From Acidimicrobiia bacterium (GTDB taxonomy: Bacteria > Actinomycetota > Acidimicrobiia > Acidimicrobiales > Bin134): a DNA stretch of 64,000 nt. Positions within the stretch are counted from its first letter, which is position 1. Each line of letters begins with the position of its first letter. Of this stretch, positions 49,557 to 58,924 are shown piece after piece. The stretch is taken from contig JAJDUJ010000022.1 in the NCBI GenBank assembly GCA_022826705.1, positions 44,989 through 108,988 on the forward strand. The letters are read 5' to 3'. The notes under the pieces were generated by a model. The model was not told the origin of the DNA and made no database searches. It saw only the letters and a program-made list of their open reading frames with translations. Both the position numbers and the translations under genes were made by a program.

Positions 49557-50696
49557 ATGGCCCGTAGACCATCTCTGTCGACACCAGTCTCATCGGGAGA
49601 CCGAAACAGCACCCTGGACGCCATTCGGGGGGTGGCGGTGCTGGGGATCCTGACCATGAACGCGGTGTCCTACGGGCTGGACATGCCCTCCTATTTCAAC
49701 CTCGATGCCGGCGGCTCGCGCACCTGGCTCGACTGGGCCATCGGTGGCATGGGCGAGGTGCTCTTCGACCAGAAGTTCATGGGGTTGTTCTCGCTGCTGT
49801 TCGGCGCCGGAATCGCCATGTTCGTCGACCGTTCCGCGGCCAAGAAGCGGCGGCCGGTGTGGTTCAGCCTGTGGCGCAACACGCTGCTCCTGGCTATTGG
49901 CATCGGCCACATGATCCTGTGGGAGGGAGACGTGCTGGTGCTCTACGCCGTTTGCTCTCCACTGCTCATTGCGATGCGGAGACTGCGACCGGCGGTGCTG
50001 TTTGCCATCGGCGCCGGGCTGGTGCTCTCGGTGGCGGCGGGCTCTTTGGCGATGCAGACGACCATCGACGACCCCGCGAACCAGCTCGGGGACTTCTGGG
50101 TCGAAGGCGAGATGTCCGAAGGGGTCGGGCTGTGGCTGCTGTGGGATTTCGGGGCGCGGGCGCTGGGCATGATGCTGATCGGTGTCGCCCTGTATCGCAA
50201 CGGCGTGATCACCGGGGAGTACCCCCGCCACTTCTACGTGCGAACCGCCTGGTGGGGCCTGGGGGTCGGGCTGCCGCTATCAGCGGCAGGGCTGGCAATC
50301 GTGGCGTCCAGCGGGTTCTCCCCCGACTGGGCCCTGGCCGGGGCTGCCCCCAACACGCTGGCCACCATCCCCCTCAGCCTCGCCTACCTCAGCCTCATCG
50401 TCCTGTGGGATCGCCGGGCCGAGTCCGGCCTGAGGGTTCGCGTGCGGGCCGCAGGGCGTATGGCGCTCACCAACTACCTCACCCAGACCATTCTCGGCAT
50501 CATCATGCTGCGGGAGGTTTTTGGGAGTGTCGACTTCAGCCGCAGCCAGATTGCCGTGTTCATCCTGGGGGTATGGGCCGTGCATCTCTGGTGGTCACCG
50601 GCCTGGCTTAGCCGGTTCCGCTTCGGCCCGGCCGAGTGGCTGTGGCGCTGCGCCACCTACCGCCGCTGGCAACCCCTGCGAGTATCGGCGGGCTGA
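49557..50696 (+). CDS. DUF418 (YeiB-like) membrane protein
   Basis: LDAIRGVAVLGIL...RMALTNYLTQT...FGPAEWLWRCATY C-terminal hallmark. Confidence 0.75.
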   Translation: MARRPSLSTPVSSGDRNSTLDAIRGVAVLGILTMNAVSYGLDMPSYFNLDAGGSRTWLDWAIGGMGEVLFDQKFMGLFSLLFGAGIAMFVDRSAAKKRRPVWFSLWRNTLLLAIGIGHMILWEGDVLVLYAVCSPLLIAMRRLRPAVLFAIGAGLVLSVAAGSLAMQTTIDDPANQLGDFWVEGEMSEGVGLWLLWDFGARALGMMLIGVALYRNGVITGEYPRHFYVRTAWWGLGVGLPLSAAGLAIVASSGFSPDWALAGAAPNTLATIPLSLAYLSLIVLWDRRAESGLRVRVRAAGRMALTNYLTQTILGIIMLREVFGSVDFSRSQIAVFILGVWAVHLWWSPAWLSRFRFGPAEWLWRCATYRRWQPLRVSAG

Positions 50697-50743
50697 TTCT
50701 CCCGACCCGGCCCGAAGAGCAAACAGCCTCATAGGATGCCCTC

Positions 50744-51151
50744 ATGGACCCTGCGGAGGCTTTGAACTACATCCGAGAGAACACCAACGCGGTGCTGGCC
50801 ACCGCAAGGGCGGATGGCACCCCCCAGATGTCGCCCGTCACCCTGGCAGTGGTGGACGACACGGTGGTGATGAGCACACGGGAAACGGCCTACAAGACCA
50901 AGAACCTTCGGCGCGACCCCCAAAGCTGGCTGTGCGTGTTCCCCCGCAATTTCTTCGGCGACTGGGTGCAGATCGAGTGCCAAGCCGAGATCATCTCCGG
51001 ACCGGACGCGCTGGAACCGCTCGTCGACTACTACCGAACCCTGCGAGGCGAGCACCCCGACTGGAACGAATACCGCCAAGCCATGGCCACCGACCAGCGC
51101 TGCCTCGTGAAGTTCCACATCGTCCGCGCCGGCCCCGACCGCTCGGGGTAG
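50744..51151 (+). CDS. PPOX-class (pyridoxamine-5'-phosphate-oxidase-like), probably F420-dependent enzyme
   Basis: NAVLATARADGTPQMSPV...VMSTRETAYKTKNLRRDP split-barrel pattern. Confidence 0.7.
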   Translation: MDPAEALNYIRENTNAVLATARADGTPQMSPVTLAVVDDTVVMSTRETAYKTKNLRRDPQSWLCVFPRNFFGDWVQIECQAEIISGPDALEPLVDYYRTLRGEHPDWNEYRQAMATDQRCLVKFHIVRAGPDRSG

Positions 51152-51155
51152 CCGG

Positions 51156-52292
51156 CTACGCCGGGACGGCGGCTTCTTCCCTGGCGCGGAAGTGGGGGAT
51201 GACGTGGTGGCCGAATTGGCGGATGGTTTCGAGCATGACCTCTTGGGGGATGGTGCCCATTTGGATCATGCACATGATCTCGTCGCAGCCGATGGCCTCG
51301 AGCTCGCTCACGTAGCGGATGGCGTCTTCGTAGTTGCCGTAGGCGTGCTCGATGTTGAAGGTGCTGGTGGCATTGGGGCTCAGCGGGATGTTCATCTCGC
51401 TGATCTTGGCGTGGACGTTGCCCACCGCCTCGTCGATGGCCGCCGCGGTGTCCTCGTCGGCTGATCCGGCCCTCGGCGGAGGCGTGCCCAGGTTCCAGTG
51501 CATGATGGCCTCGGCGAAGAACCGCTGGCCCCGGGCCCCGATGCGGAACGCCTCGTCCCGGTCGTCGAGGATCGTGGTGGGGCACAGCGCCGAGAACCAG
51601 TTGTTGGGGTGGTCGCTCACGAACCGCTCGCCAGTGCGGGTGGCGATGGCCTCGTCGTAGGTCTCCTTCATCAGACGGATCTCGTCGGCGCCGGCAAACC
51701 CCAGCACCAGCGCCCCAATGCCCAACTCGGCGGCCAGCCGCACGGTGTCCACCTTGGTGCAGGCCAGGTACAGCGGCGGATGGGGGTCTTGCACCGGCCG
51801 GGGCAGAATCGGGTGGGGTGAGATGTCGAGCAGGCCGTCCCACTCAAACTCGTCGTCGCGCCAGCAGTTGGAGATGATCCGCAGCGACTCCTCCACCTGG
51901 GCATAGGTGTCCTCGGGCTTCACCCCGAACGCCGACATCTCCTGGAGGGTGGCCCCCCGGCCTGCACCCACGTCCAGCCGCCCGTCCGACAGCACGTCAA
52001 GCATGGCGATGCGCTCGGCCGCCCGCAGCGGGTGGTTATAGCCGAACGGCATGCACACCACGCCGTGGCCGATGCGGATACGGGACGTGCGAGCTGCCAC
52101 CCAGGTCAGAAAGATCTCCGGAGCGCTCATGTGGGCATACCACTTCAAGCAGTGGTGCTCCACCGCCCACACCCGGTCGAAGCCCACCTCCTCGGCCAAC
52201 ACCGCCTGATCCACGCAGTCTCGTATGACCTGCTGCTCGACCTCGCGGGACGGATCGGCCATCTGGGCCTCGAAGATCATGGAGAATTTCAC
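51156..52292 (-). CDS. LLM-class flavin/F420-dependent oxidoreductase
   Basis: MKFSMIFE...GFDRVWAVEHH...RIRIGHGVV...GRLDVGAGRG. Confidence 0.8.
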   Translation of the reverse strand: MKFSMIFEAQMADPSREVEQQVIRDCVDQAVLAEEVGFDRVWAVEHHCLKWYAHMSAPEIFLTWVAARTSRIRIGHGVVCMPFGYNHPLRAAERIAMLDVLSDGRLDVGAGRGATLQEMSAFGVKPEDTYAQVEESLRIISNCWRDDEFEWDGLLDISPHPILPRPVQDPHPPLYLACTKVDTVRLAAELGIGALVLGFAGADEIRLMKETYDEAIATRTGERFVSDHPNNWFSALCPTTILDDRDEAFRIGARGQRFFAEAIMHWNLGTPPPRAGSADEDTAAAIDEAVGNVHAKISEMNIPLSPNATSTFNIEHAYGNYEDAIRYVSELEAIGCDEIMCMIQMGTIPQEVMLETIRQFGHHVIPHFRAREEAAVPA

Positions 52293-52404
52293 GCCGCCAT
52301 TGAAGCACCCCCGGCCTGTTGAGCCCGAATGCTGGAAAACACGGCTGTTTGCCTGGCTGTCCGGTGGGGTCTGCCCAGAACCCTCTGGCTACCATCATCA
52401 CGGC

Positions 52405-53628
52405 ATGGATTTCGACGAGACCCCCCAAGAAGCCGCCTTTCGAGCCGAGTGCATTGAGTGGCTGGACGCCAACATCCCCCCCGACGGCGGCGGCGCCCGT
52501 GACCAGACGGCCATCACCATCTCCGATCCTGACGTCGAGAACGCCTACGTGGCCCGGTGCAAGGCGTGGCAGCGCACCAAGTACGACGGCGGCTGGGGCT
52601 CCATCACCTGGCCTGTCGAATACGGCGGCAAGGGGCTGAGCGGCATCCACGAGGGCATCTTCAAAGAGGAGGAGGCCAAGCGGGTGGCGGCCACCGGGGT
52701 GTTCGCGGTGGGTATCGGCATGGCCGGCCCCACCATCATCGGCCACGGCACCGACGCCCAAAAGGAGCGATTCCTTCCCGCCATGCTCAAGGGCGAAGAG
52801 GTGTGGTGCCAGCTGTTCTCCGAGCCGGTGGCCGGATCAGACCTGGGCGGGCTGCGGACCACCGCGGTGCGCGACGGCGACGAATGGGTGGTGAACGGCC
52901 AGAAGGTGTGGACCTCGGGCGCCCAGTACAGCGACTGGGGCATTCTGCTGACCCGCACCGACCCCGACCAGCCCAAGCACCGGGGCATCACCTATTTCCT
53001 GGTGGACATGAACACCCCCGGCATCGAGGTGCGCCCGCTGGTGCAGATCACCGGTGCGGCCCATTTCAACGAGGTGTTCTTGTCGGATGTGCGGATCCCC
53101 CATGAGAACATCCTCGGCGGGGTCAACACCGGCTGGGGGCCGATCATGACCACCTTGTCCAACGAGCGGGCCCTTATCGGCGGGTCAAACGCCCGGACCC
53201 GGTTCAACGAGCTGGTGAAGCTGGCTCAGCAGACCGGCACCGACCAGGATCCGGTGATCCGCCAGGAGCTGGCCAAGACCTACACCCGCATGGAGATCCT
53301 CAAATATCAGGGGTACCGGGTACGCACCGCCACCAGCCGGGGCGAGCTGCCCGGCCCCGAGAGCTCCACCATGAAGCTGGCCATCTCCCTGCACTTCGGG
53401 GAGATGGGCGACTTGGTGATGGCCATGAACGGCGCGGCCGGGATGCTCCACGGCGACAACGCCCGAGACGAGGGGCGCTGGCAATACGAGTTCTTGGGCC
53501 AGTGGGCGTCGCGCATCGGCGGCGGCACCGACAACATCCAGCGCAACACCATCGGCGAGAAAGTGCTGGGCCTGCCCCCCGACATCCGGGTCGACAAGGG
53601 CGTCCCCTTCCGGGATATACCCAGCTAG
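52405..53628 (+). CDS. acyl-CoA dehydrogenase
   Basis: ATG 52405 (MDFDETPQEAAFRAE). WCQLFSEPVAGSDLGGL...W.VNGQKVWTSGA. The upstream part of the track ORF is an extension. Confidence 0.85.
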   Translation: MDFDETPQEAAFRAECIEWLDANIPPDGGGARDQTAITISDPDVENAYVARCKAWQRTKYDGGWGSITWPVEYGGKGLSGIHEGIFKEEEAKRVAATGVFAVGIGMAGPTIIGHGTDAQKERFLPAMLKGEEVWCQLFSEPVAGSDLGGLRTTAVRDGDEWVVNGQKVWTSGAQYSDWGILLTRTDPDQPKHRGITYFLVDMNTPGIEVRPLVQITGAAHFNEVFLSDVRIPHENILGGVNTGWGPIMTTLSNERALIGGSNARTRFNELVKLAQQTGTDQDPVIRQELAKTYTRMEILKYQGYRVRTATSRGELPGPESSTMKLAISLHFGEMGDLVMAMNGAAGMLHGDNARDEGRWQYEFLGQWASRIGGGTDNIQRNTIGEKVLGLPPDIRVDKGVPFRDIPS

Positions 53629-54524
53629 CTCGCTCCGTAGACCGGCGCCGGTTCCGGCGATGCCGCAATGGAAGCGTGTACCGCGTCGCCAACTTCAGCA
53701 GCCGCAAACTTGCGGCCCACGTCCACCACATGCCCGTGCTGCCAGCCATCGCACACGTTGAGCGCCCCACCGGCGATCTCGAACACCCGCCCGGTCACAT
53801 CGCAGGCATCCGACCCCAGCCACACCACTAGCGGCGAGGCATTGGCCGGATCCTTCTCGTCCCAGCCCTCGGGGGCCTCCTCCTCGTACATGATCCCCGC
53901 CGTCATGCGGGTGCGGGCGTCGGGGGCGATGGCGTTCACCGCCACCCCGTAGCGGCCCCACTCCGCCGCCTGCTGGATGGTCAGCGCCGCCACCCCGGCC
54001 TTGGCCGCGGCGTAGTTGCCCTGGCCGATGGAGCCCAACAGACCGGCACCCGAGCTGGTGTTGATGAGCCGTCCCCGCACGTCCTCGCCCGCCTTGGACC
54101 GATCCCGCCAGTGGGCCACGGCGTGGCGGGCCGGGGCGAAGTGGCCCTTGAGGTGGACCCGCATGATGGCGTCCCACTCCGGCTCACTCATGTTGGCCAG
54201 CATCCGGTCTCGCAAAAAGCCCGCGTTGCACACCAGCGTGTCGAGGCGGCCCCACGTGTCAATGGCCTGGGCGATCATGGCCTCGGCTTGATCCCAGTCG
54301 GCCACATCGGCGGCGTTGGCCTCGGCCTCGGCCCCCATGGCCCGGATCTCGGCCACAACTTCCTGGGCCGGTTCCGACGCGCCGCCCGAGCCGTCGCGCT
54401 CCACCCCCAGGTCGTTGACCAGCACCCGGGCCCCCTCGGCAGCGAACTCCAAGGCGTGGGCTCGGCCCAGCCCCCGGGCCGCCCCGGTGATCACCACCAC
54501 CCGGCCGTCGGCGATTCCGGGCAT
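53625..54524 (-). CDS. SDR-family oxidoreductase (3-hydroxyacyl-CoA dehydrogenase-like)
   Basis: VVVITGAARGLGRA and NTSSGAG...YAAAKAG catalytic Tyr-x3-Lys. Confidence 0.85.
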   Translation of the reverse strand: MPGIADGRVVVITGAARGLGRAHALEFAAEGARVLVNDLGVERDGSGGASEPAQEVVAEIRAMGAEAEANAADVADWDQAEAMIAQAIDTWGRLDTLVCNAGFLRDRMLANMSEPEWDAIMRVHLKGHFAPARHAVAHWRDRSKAGEDVRGRLINTSSGAGLLGSIGQGNYAAAKAGVAALTIQQAAEWGRYGVAVNAIAPDARTRMTAGIMYEEEAPEGWDEKDPANASPLVVWLGSDACDVTGRVFEIAGGALNVCDGWQHGHVVDVGRKFAAAEVGDAVHASIAASPEPAPVYGAS

Positions 54525-54526
54525 GG

Positions 54527-55684
54527 TTAGAACTCCGGATTCAGCTCAGACGACACCATCCACATGGCGTAGTACTGGGCAGCACCGCCGTAGGCGTGGC
54601 CGATGGAGATCTTGGCCCCCGGCACCTGGTACTCGCCGGCGGTGCCCCTCACCTGGTTGGCCGCCTCAAGACAGCGGATCATGCCCGATGCTCCGATGGG
54701 ATTGGACGACAAAACGCCGCCCGACATGTTCACCGGGAACGATCCGCCCAGCTCGGTGTCGCCGGCGTCGGTCATCTTCCACCCCTCGCCTTCCTCGGCG
54801 ATGAGGTGCCCTTCCAACCACATGGGCTCGTACCAAGAGAACGGCACGTACAGCTCGGCACAGTCGATCTGCTCCCGGGGATTGGTGATGCCAGCCTTGC
54901 GGTACAGGGCCTCCGAGCACTCCACCCCGGCTTGGGGCCTCACCGTGTCGCGTCCGGGGAACTGGCCGAACTCGGTGCGCTTGGCGTGGGAGATGACCCA
55001 CGCCGGCGGGCGGCCCGACTTCTTGGCGATGTCGTCGTTGCCCAGCACTACCGCTGCGGCCCCATCCGAGGAGGGGCACGACTCCAAGAAGTGGAGCGGG
55101 TCCCACAGCATGGGCGACTCCCGCACCTTTTCAATGGAGATGTCAGGCAGATGCAGGTGGGCGTAGGGGTTTTTGAGGGCGTTGAGCCGATCCTTCACCG
55201 CCACCATCCACCCGATGTGCTCGGGGGCCTGGGAGCGGGCGATGTAGTTGCGGATCCACGGGGCGAATGTGCCGCCCGCGCCCTGGCCGCCGCTCTTGCC
55301 GCCCGACAGCGCCCAGGTGGCGTTGCCTTCCGACTGCTTCTCATATGCGATGGTCAGCACGGTGTCGTACATCCCCGATTCCACCAGGTTCACCGCCGAG
55401 ATGGCGGTGGACGCCCCCACCGACCCCGCGGTGTGTACCCGGTGGATGGGCTTGCCGATCGCGCCCAGCGCGTCGCACAGGCTCAGCAACGGCATCATCA
55501 CCCCTTCGAGGGCGTCGGGGGCTTTGCCGATCACGATGGCGTCGATGTCGTCGAAGGTGGCACCAGCGTCTTCCAAGGCCCGGAGGGCGGCCTCCCGCAC
55601 CAGACCGTCCAAGGTCACATCGTCGCGCCGGCGCTTGTACTTGGTCTGGCCGACACCGATGACAGCACAAGGTCGTGGAGCCAT
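54527..55684 (-). CDS. thiolase-superfamily protein (paralogue of 19984-21150), lacks nucleophile Cys
   Basis: AVIGVGQTKY...HRVHTAGSVGASTAIS...NMSGGVLSSNPIGASG...GHAYGGAAQYYAMW. Confidence 0.8.
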   Translation of the reverse strand: MAPRPCAVIGVGQTKYKRRRDDVTLDGLVREAALRALEDAGATFDDIDAIVIGKAPDALEGVMMPLLSLCDALGAIGKPIHRVHTAGSVGASTAISAVNLVESGMYDTVLTIAYEKQSEGNATWALSGGKSGGQGAGGTFAPWIRNYIARSQAPEHIGWMVAVKDRLNALKNPYAHLHLPDISIEKVRESPMLWDPLHFLESCPSSDGAAAVVLGNDDIAKKSGRPPAWVISHAKRTEFGQFPGRDTVRPQAGVECSEALYRKAGITNPREQIDCAELYVPFSWYEPMWLEGHLIAEEGEGWKMTDAGDTELGGSFPVNMSGGVLSSNPIGASGMIRCLEAANQVRGTAGEYQVPGAKISIGHAYGGAAQYYAMWMVSSELNPEF

Positions 55685-56751
55685 TATCCGTCTCCTTCCA
55701 AGACGCAGAGCAGATTCTGTTGCAGCGCCGGGCCGCTAGATGCGTGGGCCACGCCCCGGCCGCCATCGCCGTTGCGGATGCCCCGGGCCAGCTCGATCAC
55801 CCGAGTGAGGCCCACCGCCATGAACGGGCTGCCGGTAAGCGGCCCGCCCGAGGGGTTCACTGAGGTCTCGCCGTTCAAACCGAGGGCGTCTCGCAGGATG
55901 ATCTCCTCGGGGCTGTAGGTCACGGTCAGCTCAGCGATGTCCACCGGGCCGTCGTGCAAGCCCACCCGATCGGCGGCGATGCGCACCGACGGGGAGTCGG
56001 TGAGGTCCCGCAGTGTGGGGTGGTGCGAATCGATGCGGTGGTCGATGGCCCGGATCCACACCGGGTTGTCGCACAGCTCCCGGGCCTTGTCGGCCCGGGC
56101 GATGATCATGGCCGCAGCTCCGTCGCTGGTTGGAGGGCAATCCAAGCGGCGCAGCGGCTCCTGCAGGTAGGGCTCGGCCAGCAGCTCGTCCACCGACAGG
56201 TCCCCGCTGAGCTGGGCGTTGGGGTTGTTCTTGGCGTTGGCGTGGCTGCGGGCCACCACCTCGGCGAAGTCCCTCTCGGTGGCCTTGCCCGCGGCGATGA
56301 GCGCCTGGGCCTGGAACCCAGCCTGTGTCCGCGGGTCCAAGCCAATGGGGGCGTGCACGTAGGGATCGGTCTGGAGCGAGAACCCCTCCCGGTAGCTGCC
56401 CGGCGAGCACTTGCCCGAGCCCGACACCAGCACCGTGTCGATGTCGCCCGACTGGAGTCGCACGAACCCTTCGAACAGGGCCCAGGCGCCGTCCATCTCC
56501 ACGTGGCTCTCATAGACGGGGGGCCACGCCCCCACCGCGTCAATGTTCATGACGAAGGCGAAGGGCATCCCCGACAGGTAGTCGCAGCTCCCTGCGATGG
56601 TGAAGTCGATGTCGTGGCGGTCCATGCCCACCTGCTCAATCACCGAGTTCACGCACGGCATGATCATGGCCGGCTCGCTGTCGTTGAAGTGGGCGTGGGA
56701 GGGGGTTTGCTCGAACGCGACGATGGCCACGTCTTCAGCGAGGCTTACCAT
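55684..56751 (-). CDS. thiolase-superfamily protein (paralogue of 21150-22205)
   Basis: ESHVEMDGAWALFEGFVRLQSGDIDTVLVSGSGKCS...NPSGGPLTGSP. Confidence 0.75.
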   Translation of the reverse strand: MVSLAEDVAIVAFEQTPSHAHFNDSEPAMIMPCVNSVIEQVGMDRHDIDFTIAGSCDYLSGMPFAFVMNIDAVGAWPPVYESHVEMDGAWALFEGFVRLQSGDIDTVLVSGSGKCSPGSYREGFSLQTDPYVHAPIGLDPRTQAGFQAQALIAAGKATERDFAEVVARSHANAKNNPNAQLSGDLSVDELLAEPYLQEPLRRLDCPPTSDGAAAMIIARADKARELCDNPVWIRAIDHRIDSHHPTLRDLTDSPSVRIAADRVGLHDGPVDIAELTVTYSPEEIILRDALGLNGETSVNPSGGPLTGSPFMAVGLTRVIELARGIRNGDGGRGVAHASSGPALQQNLLCVLEGDG

Positions 56752-57782
56752 GAGTGCTCCTTCAACTCGTCGGCGGGAATGTCGGGCTCACCAGTGGGCT
56801 CGAACCGGGCGTACACCGTCTCGGGAATGTTCCCGTAGCGGTTGTCGATGTCCTCCACCGACCGCTCATCGGGATCGCGCCAGATGCACCGCATCCGCAT
56901 CCCCACCCGCATCTCGTCCACCGTCATGTCGCGGATGTCGATGCCGATCACCGGCTGGTCGGTGCCGTCGAACAGGATCGAGCACCGCACATAGGGCTCG
57001 GTCTCGGTCTGGCCGTAGTACTGCACCGGGTTCAGCTCGGTGAACGCCACCACGGTGCCCACGTCGGACACCTCCACTTCGTCGGCTTCGCTCATCAGCA
57101 CCCGGGACATGTTGTCGTAGCCCCGACCCGGCACGTACACCTTGCCGGTGACCGGGCTGCGCTGGCCGATGATCTTGCCGTCCAGCAGCCCCTGGGCGAA
57201 CCGGGCCCTGTGGGGGTACAGCGGCTCGTTGATGCGCAGGCCGATGAGGTGCTCGGTGATGGTCACCGGCTCGTCGCCCGGCTCGATCACCTGATCGGCG
57301 GCGTCGGCCTCGGGCACGAAGTACACGTCGGCGACAGAGCCGTGGCGCTCGTCTCGGAACTGGGCCCGCACCCTCATCCCGGTGCTCATGGCCTCGGGAT
57401 CGCCCCCGGTGTCCACGGCGTGGACGAGGTCGGTGTCAGCCCCGTCCAGCTTGATGAAGGCGAAGCCGAAGGGCCGGTCGAAGGGGTGTTTGGCCGAGGG
57501 CTCGGCCACCCAGGTCCAGTTCACCACCTCCCCGCCAGGACCCACCTCAACCAGGTCGGGCTCCAGGGAGGCAAAGGAGTCCGGATCGAACTCCATGGGC
57601 GGGCACAGCACCCGGTCGCCACACCGCTGTCCGAGGATGCGGCCGTCGCGCAATCCGGTCAGAAACGGACCGATAACCGGCCCGGTGGTGCGGGTGTAGG
57701 GGTACTCAAGGGTGTAATCGACGTCATGCAACTGGGGCACGGCGGCAAGTTCACCACACCCCCGATGCCTGCCCCAAAGCAA
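56745..57782 (-). CDS. tandem (fused) double DUF35 OB-fold protein
   Basis: The N-terminal half (LEYPYTRTTGPVIGPFLTGLRDGRILG...FIKLDGADTDLVH) is homologous to 22798-23244. The C-terminal half (IIGQRSPVTGKVYVPGRG...VRMGMRMRCIWRD) is homologous to 22205-22801. The likely start is GTG 57740. Confidence 0.7.
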   Translation of the reverse strand: MLWGRHRGCGELAAVPQLHDVDYTLEYPYTRTTGPVIGPFLTGLRDGRILGQRCGDRVLCPPMEFDPDSFASLEPDLVEVGPGGEVVNWTWVAEPSAKHPFDRPFGFAFIKLDGADTDLVHAVDTGGDPEAMSTGMRVRAQFRDERHGSVADVYFVPEADAADQVIEPGDEPVTITEHLIGLRINEPLYPHRARFAQGLLDGKIIGQRSPVTGKVYVPGRGYDNMSRVLMSEADEVEVSDVGTVVAFTELNPVQYYGQTETEPYVRCSILFDGTDQPVIGIDIRDMTVDEMRVGMRMRCIWRDPDERSVEDIDNRYGNIPETVYARFEPTGEPDIPADELKEHSW

Positions 57783-57788
57783 ACGGGG

Positions 57789-58916
57789 TCAGCTCAAAGC
57801 GCCGAAGTAGTCAGTGACGTCGTCAATGTAGAGGTCTGGGGCTTCGAGGGAAGCGAAGTGGCCGCCGCGGGGCATCTCTGTCCAGCGGACGATGTTGTAC
57901 CAGTACTCCACCCATGGACGTGCCGGGAAAATACCATCGCCGGGAAAACGGGCGTAGGCGGTGGGCACTTCCACCTGGCGGTCGGGGGCTGAGGATCCTC
58001 GGCCCCCGATTCGGGTCTCGTAGTAGAGCCGGTTGGCCGAGGCTATGGTGCCAGTCACCCAATAAACCATCACGTTGGTAAGCAGCTCGTCTTTGCTGAA
58101 GCTGGCCTCAATGTTGTTGTCGGGACCGATGTCGCTCCACACCAGGAACTTCTCAATGATCCAGGCAGCCAAACCGGCTGGCGAGTCATTCAACCCCACC
58201 GACAACGACTGGGGACGAGTGGCCTGCTGTTCCCGATAGCCCCGCTCCACCCGGTTGCTGGCCCGACCCTCAGCCCGGTCGGCCAATTCCTCGGCGGTCA
58301 AATCCCGCACCGCTCCCGGTGGAGGCTCGGGGGCAATCACCAGGTTGAGGTGGATGCCCGTCAACCGCTCAGGGGCTTGCAGGGCCATCTGGGCGGTGAC
58401 CATCGCCCCCCAGTCCCCACCCTGGGCGCCGAACCGCTCGTAGCCCAGGCGGCTCATCAGCTCCAGCGAGGCCGCGGCCATCCGCCGGGGCGTCCAGCCG
58501 GGCTCGGCGGTAGGTCCGGAGAAGCCGTAACCGGGCAGCGACGGGCATACCACGTGGAAGTTCTCCCGCAGCGGCTCAATCACCTTGGCGAACTCGGTGA
58601 TGGAGCCGGGCCAACCGTGGTGAATGACCAGGGCCATGGCCTCAGGGTTGCGGCTGCGGGCGTGGATGAAGTGCAAGTTCTGGTTGTCGATAACGGTGGT
58701 GTACTGGGGAAACCGGTTTAGTTCGGCTTCCACCGTTCGCCAGTCGTACTCATGGCGCCAGTAGCGGCACAGCTCTTTGAGGTAATCCAGGTCGGTGCCC
58801 TCGTTCCATCCGGCACCGGGCAGCGGGTCGAACCACCGGGTGGCGTCCAAACGACGGTGGAGGTCATCGAGCACCTCGTCGGGCACCTCGATGGCGAACG
58901 GCTCCACAGCGGTCAT
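57789..58916 (-). CDS. epoxide hydrolase (microsomal type, EHN domain + alpha/beta hydrolase)
   Basis: FAIEVPDEVLDDLHRRLDATRW...NRFPQYTTVIDNQNLHFIH...HGWPGS. Confidence 0.85.
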   Translation of the reverse strand: MTAVEPFAIEVPDEVLDDLHRRLDATRWFDPLPGAGWNEGTDLDYLKELCRYWRHEYDWRTVEAELNRFPQYTTVIDNQNLHFIHARSRNPEAMALVIHHGWPGSITEFAKVIEPLRENFHVVCPSLPGYGFSGPTAEPGWTPRRMAAASLELMSRLGYERFGAQGGDWGAMVTAQMALQAPERLTGIHLNLVIAPEPPPGAVRDLTAEELADRAEGRASNRVERGYREQQATRPQSLSVGLNDSPAGLAAWIIEKFLVWSDIGPDNNIEASFSKDELLTNVMVYWVTGTIASANRLYYETRIGGRGSSAPDRQVEVPTAYARFPGDGIFPARPWVEYWYNIVRWTEMPRGGHFASLEAPDLYIDDVTDYFGALS

Positions 58917-58924
58917 AACAGCGG

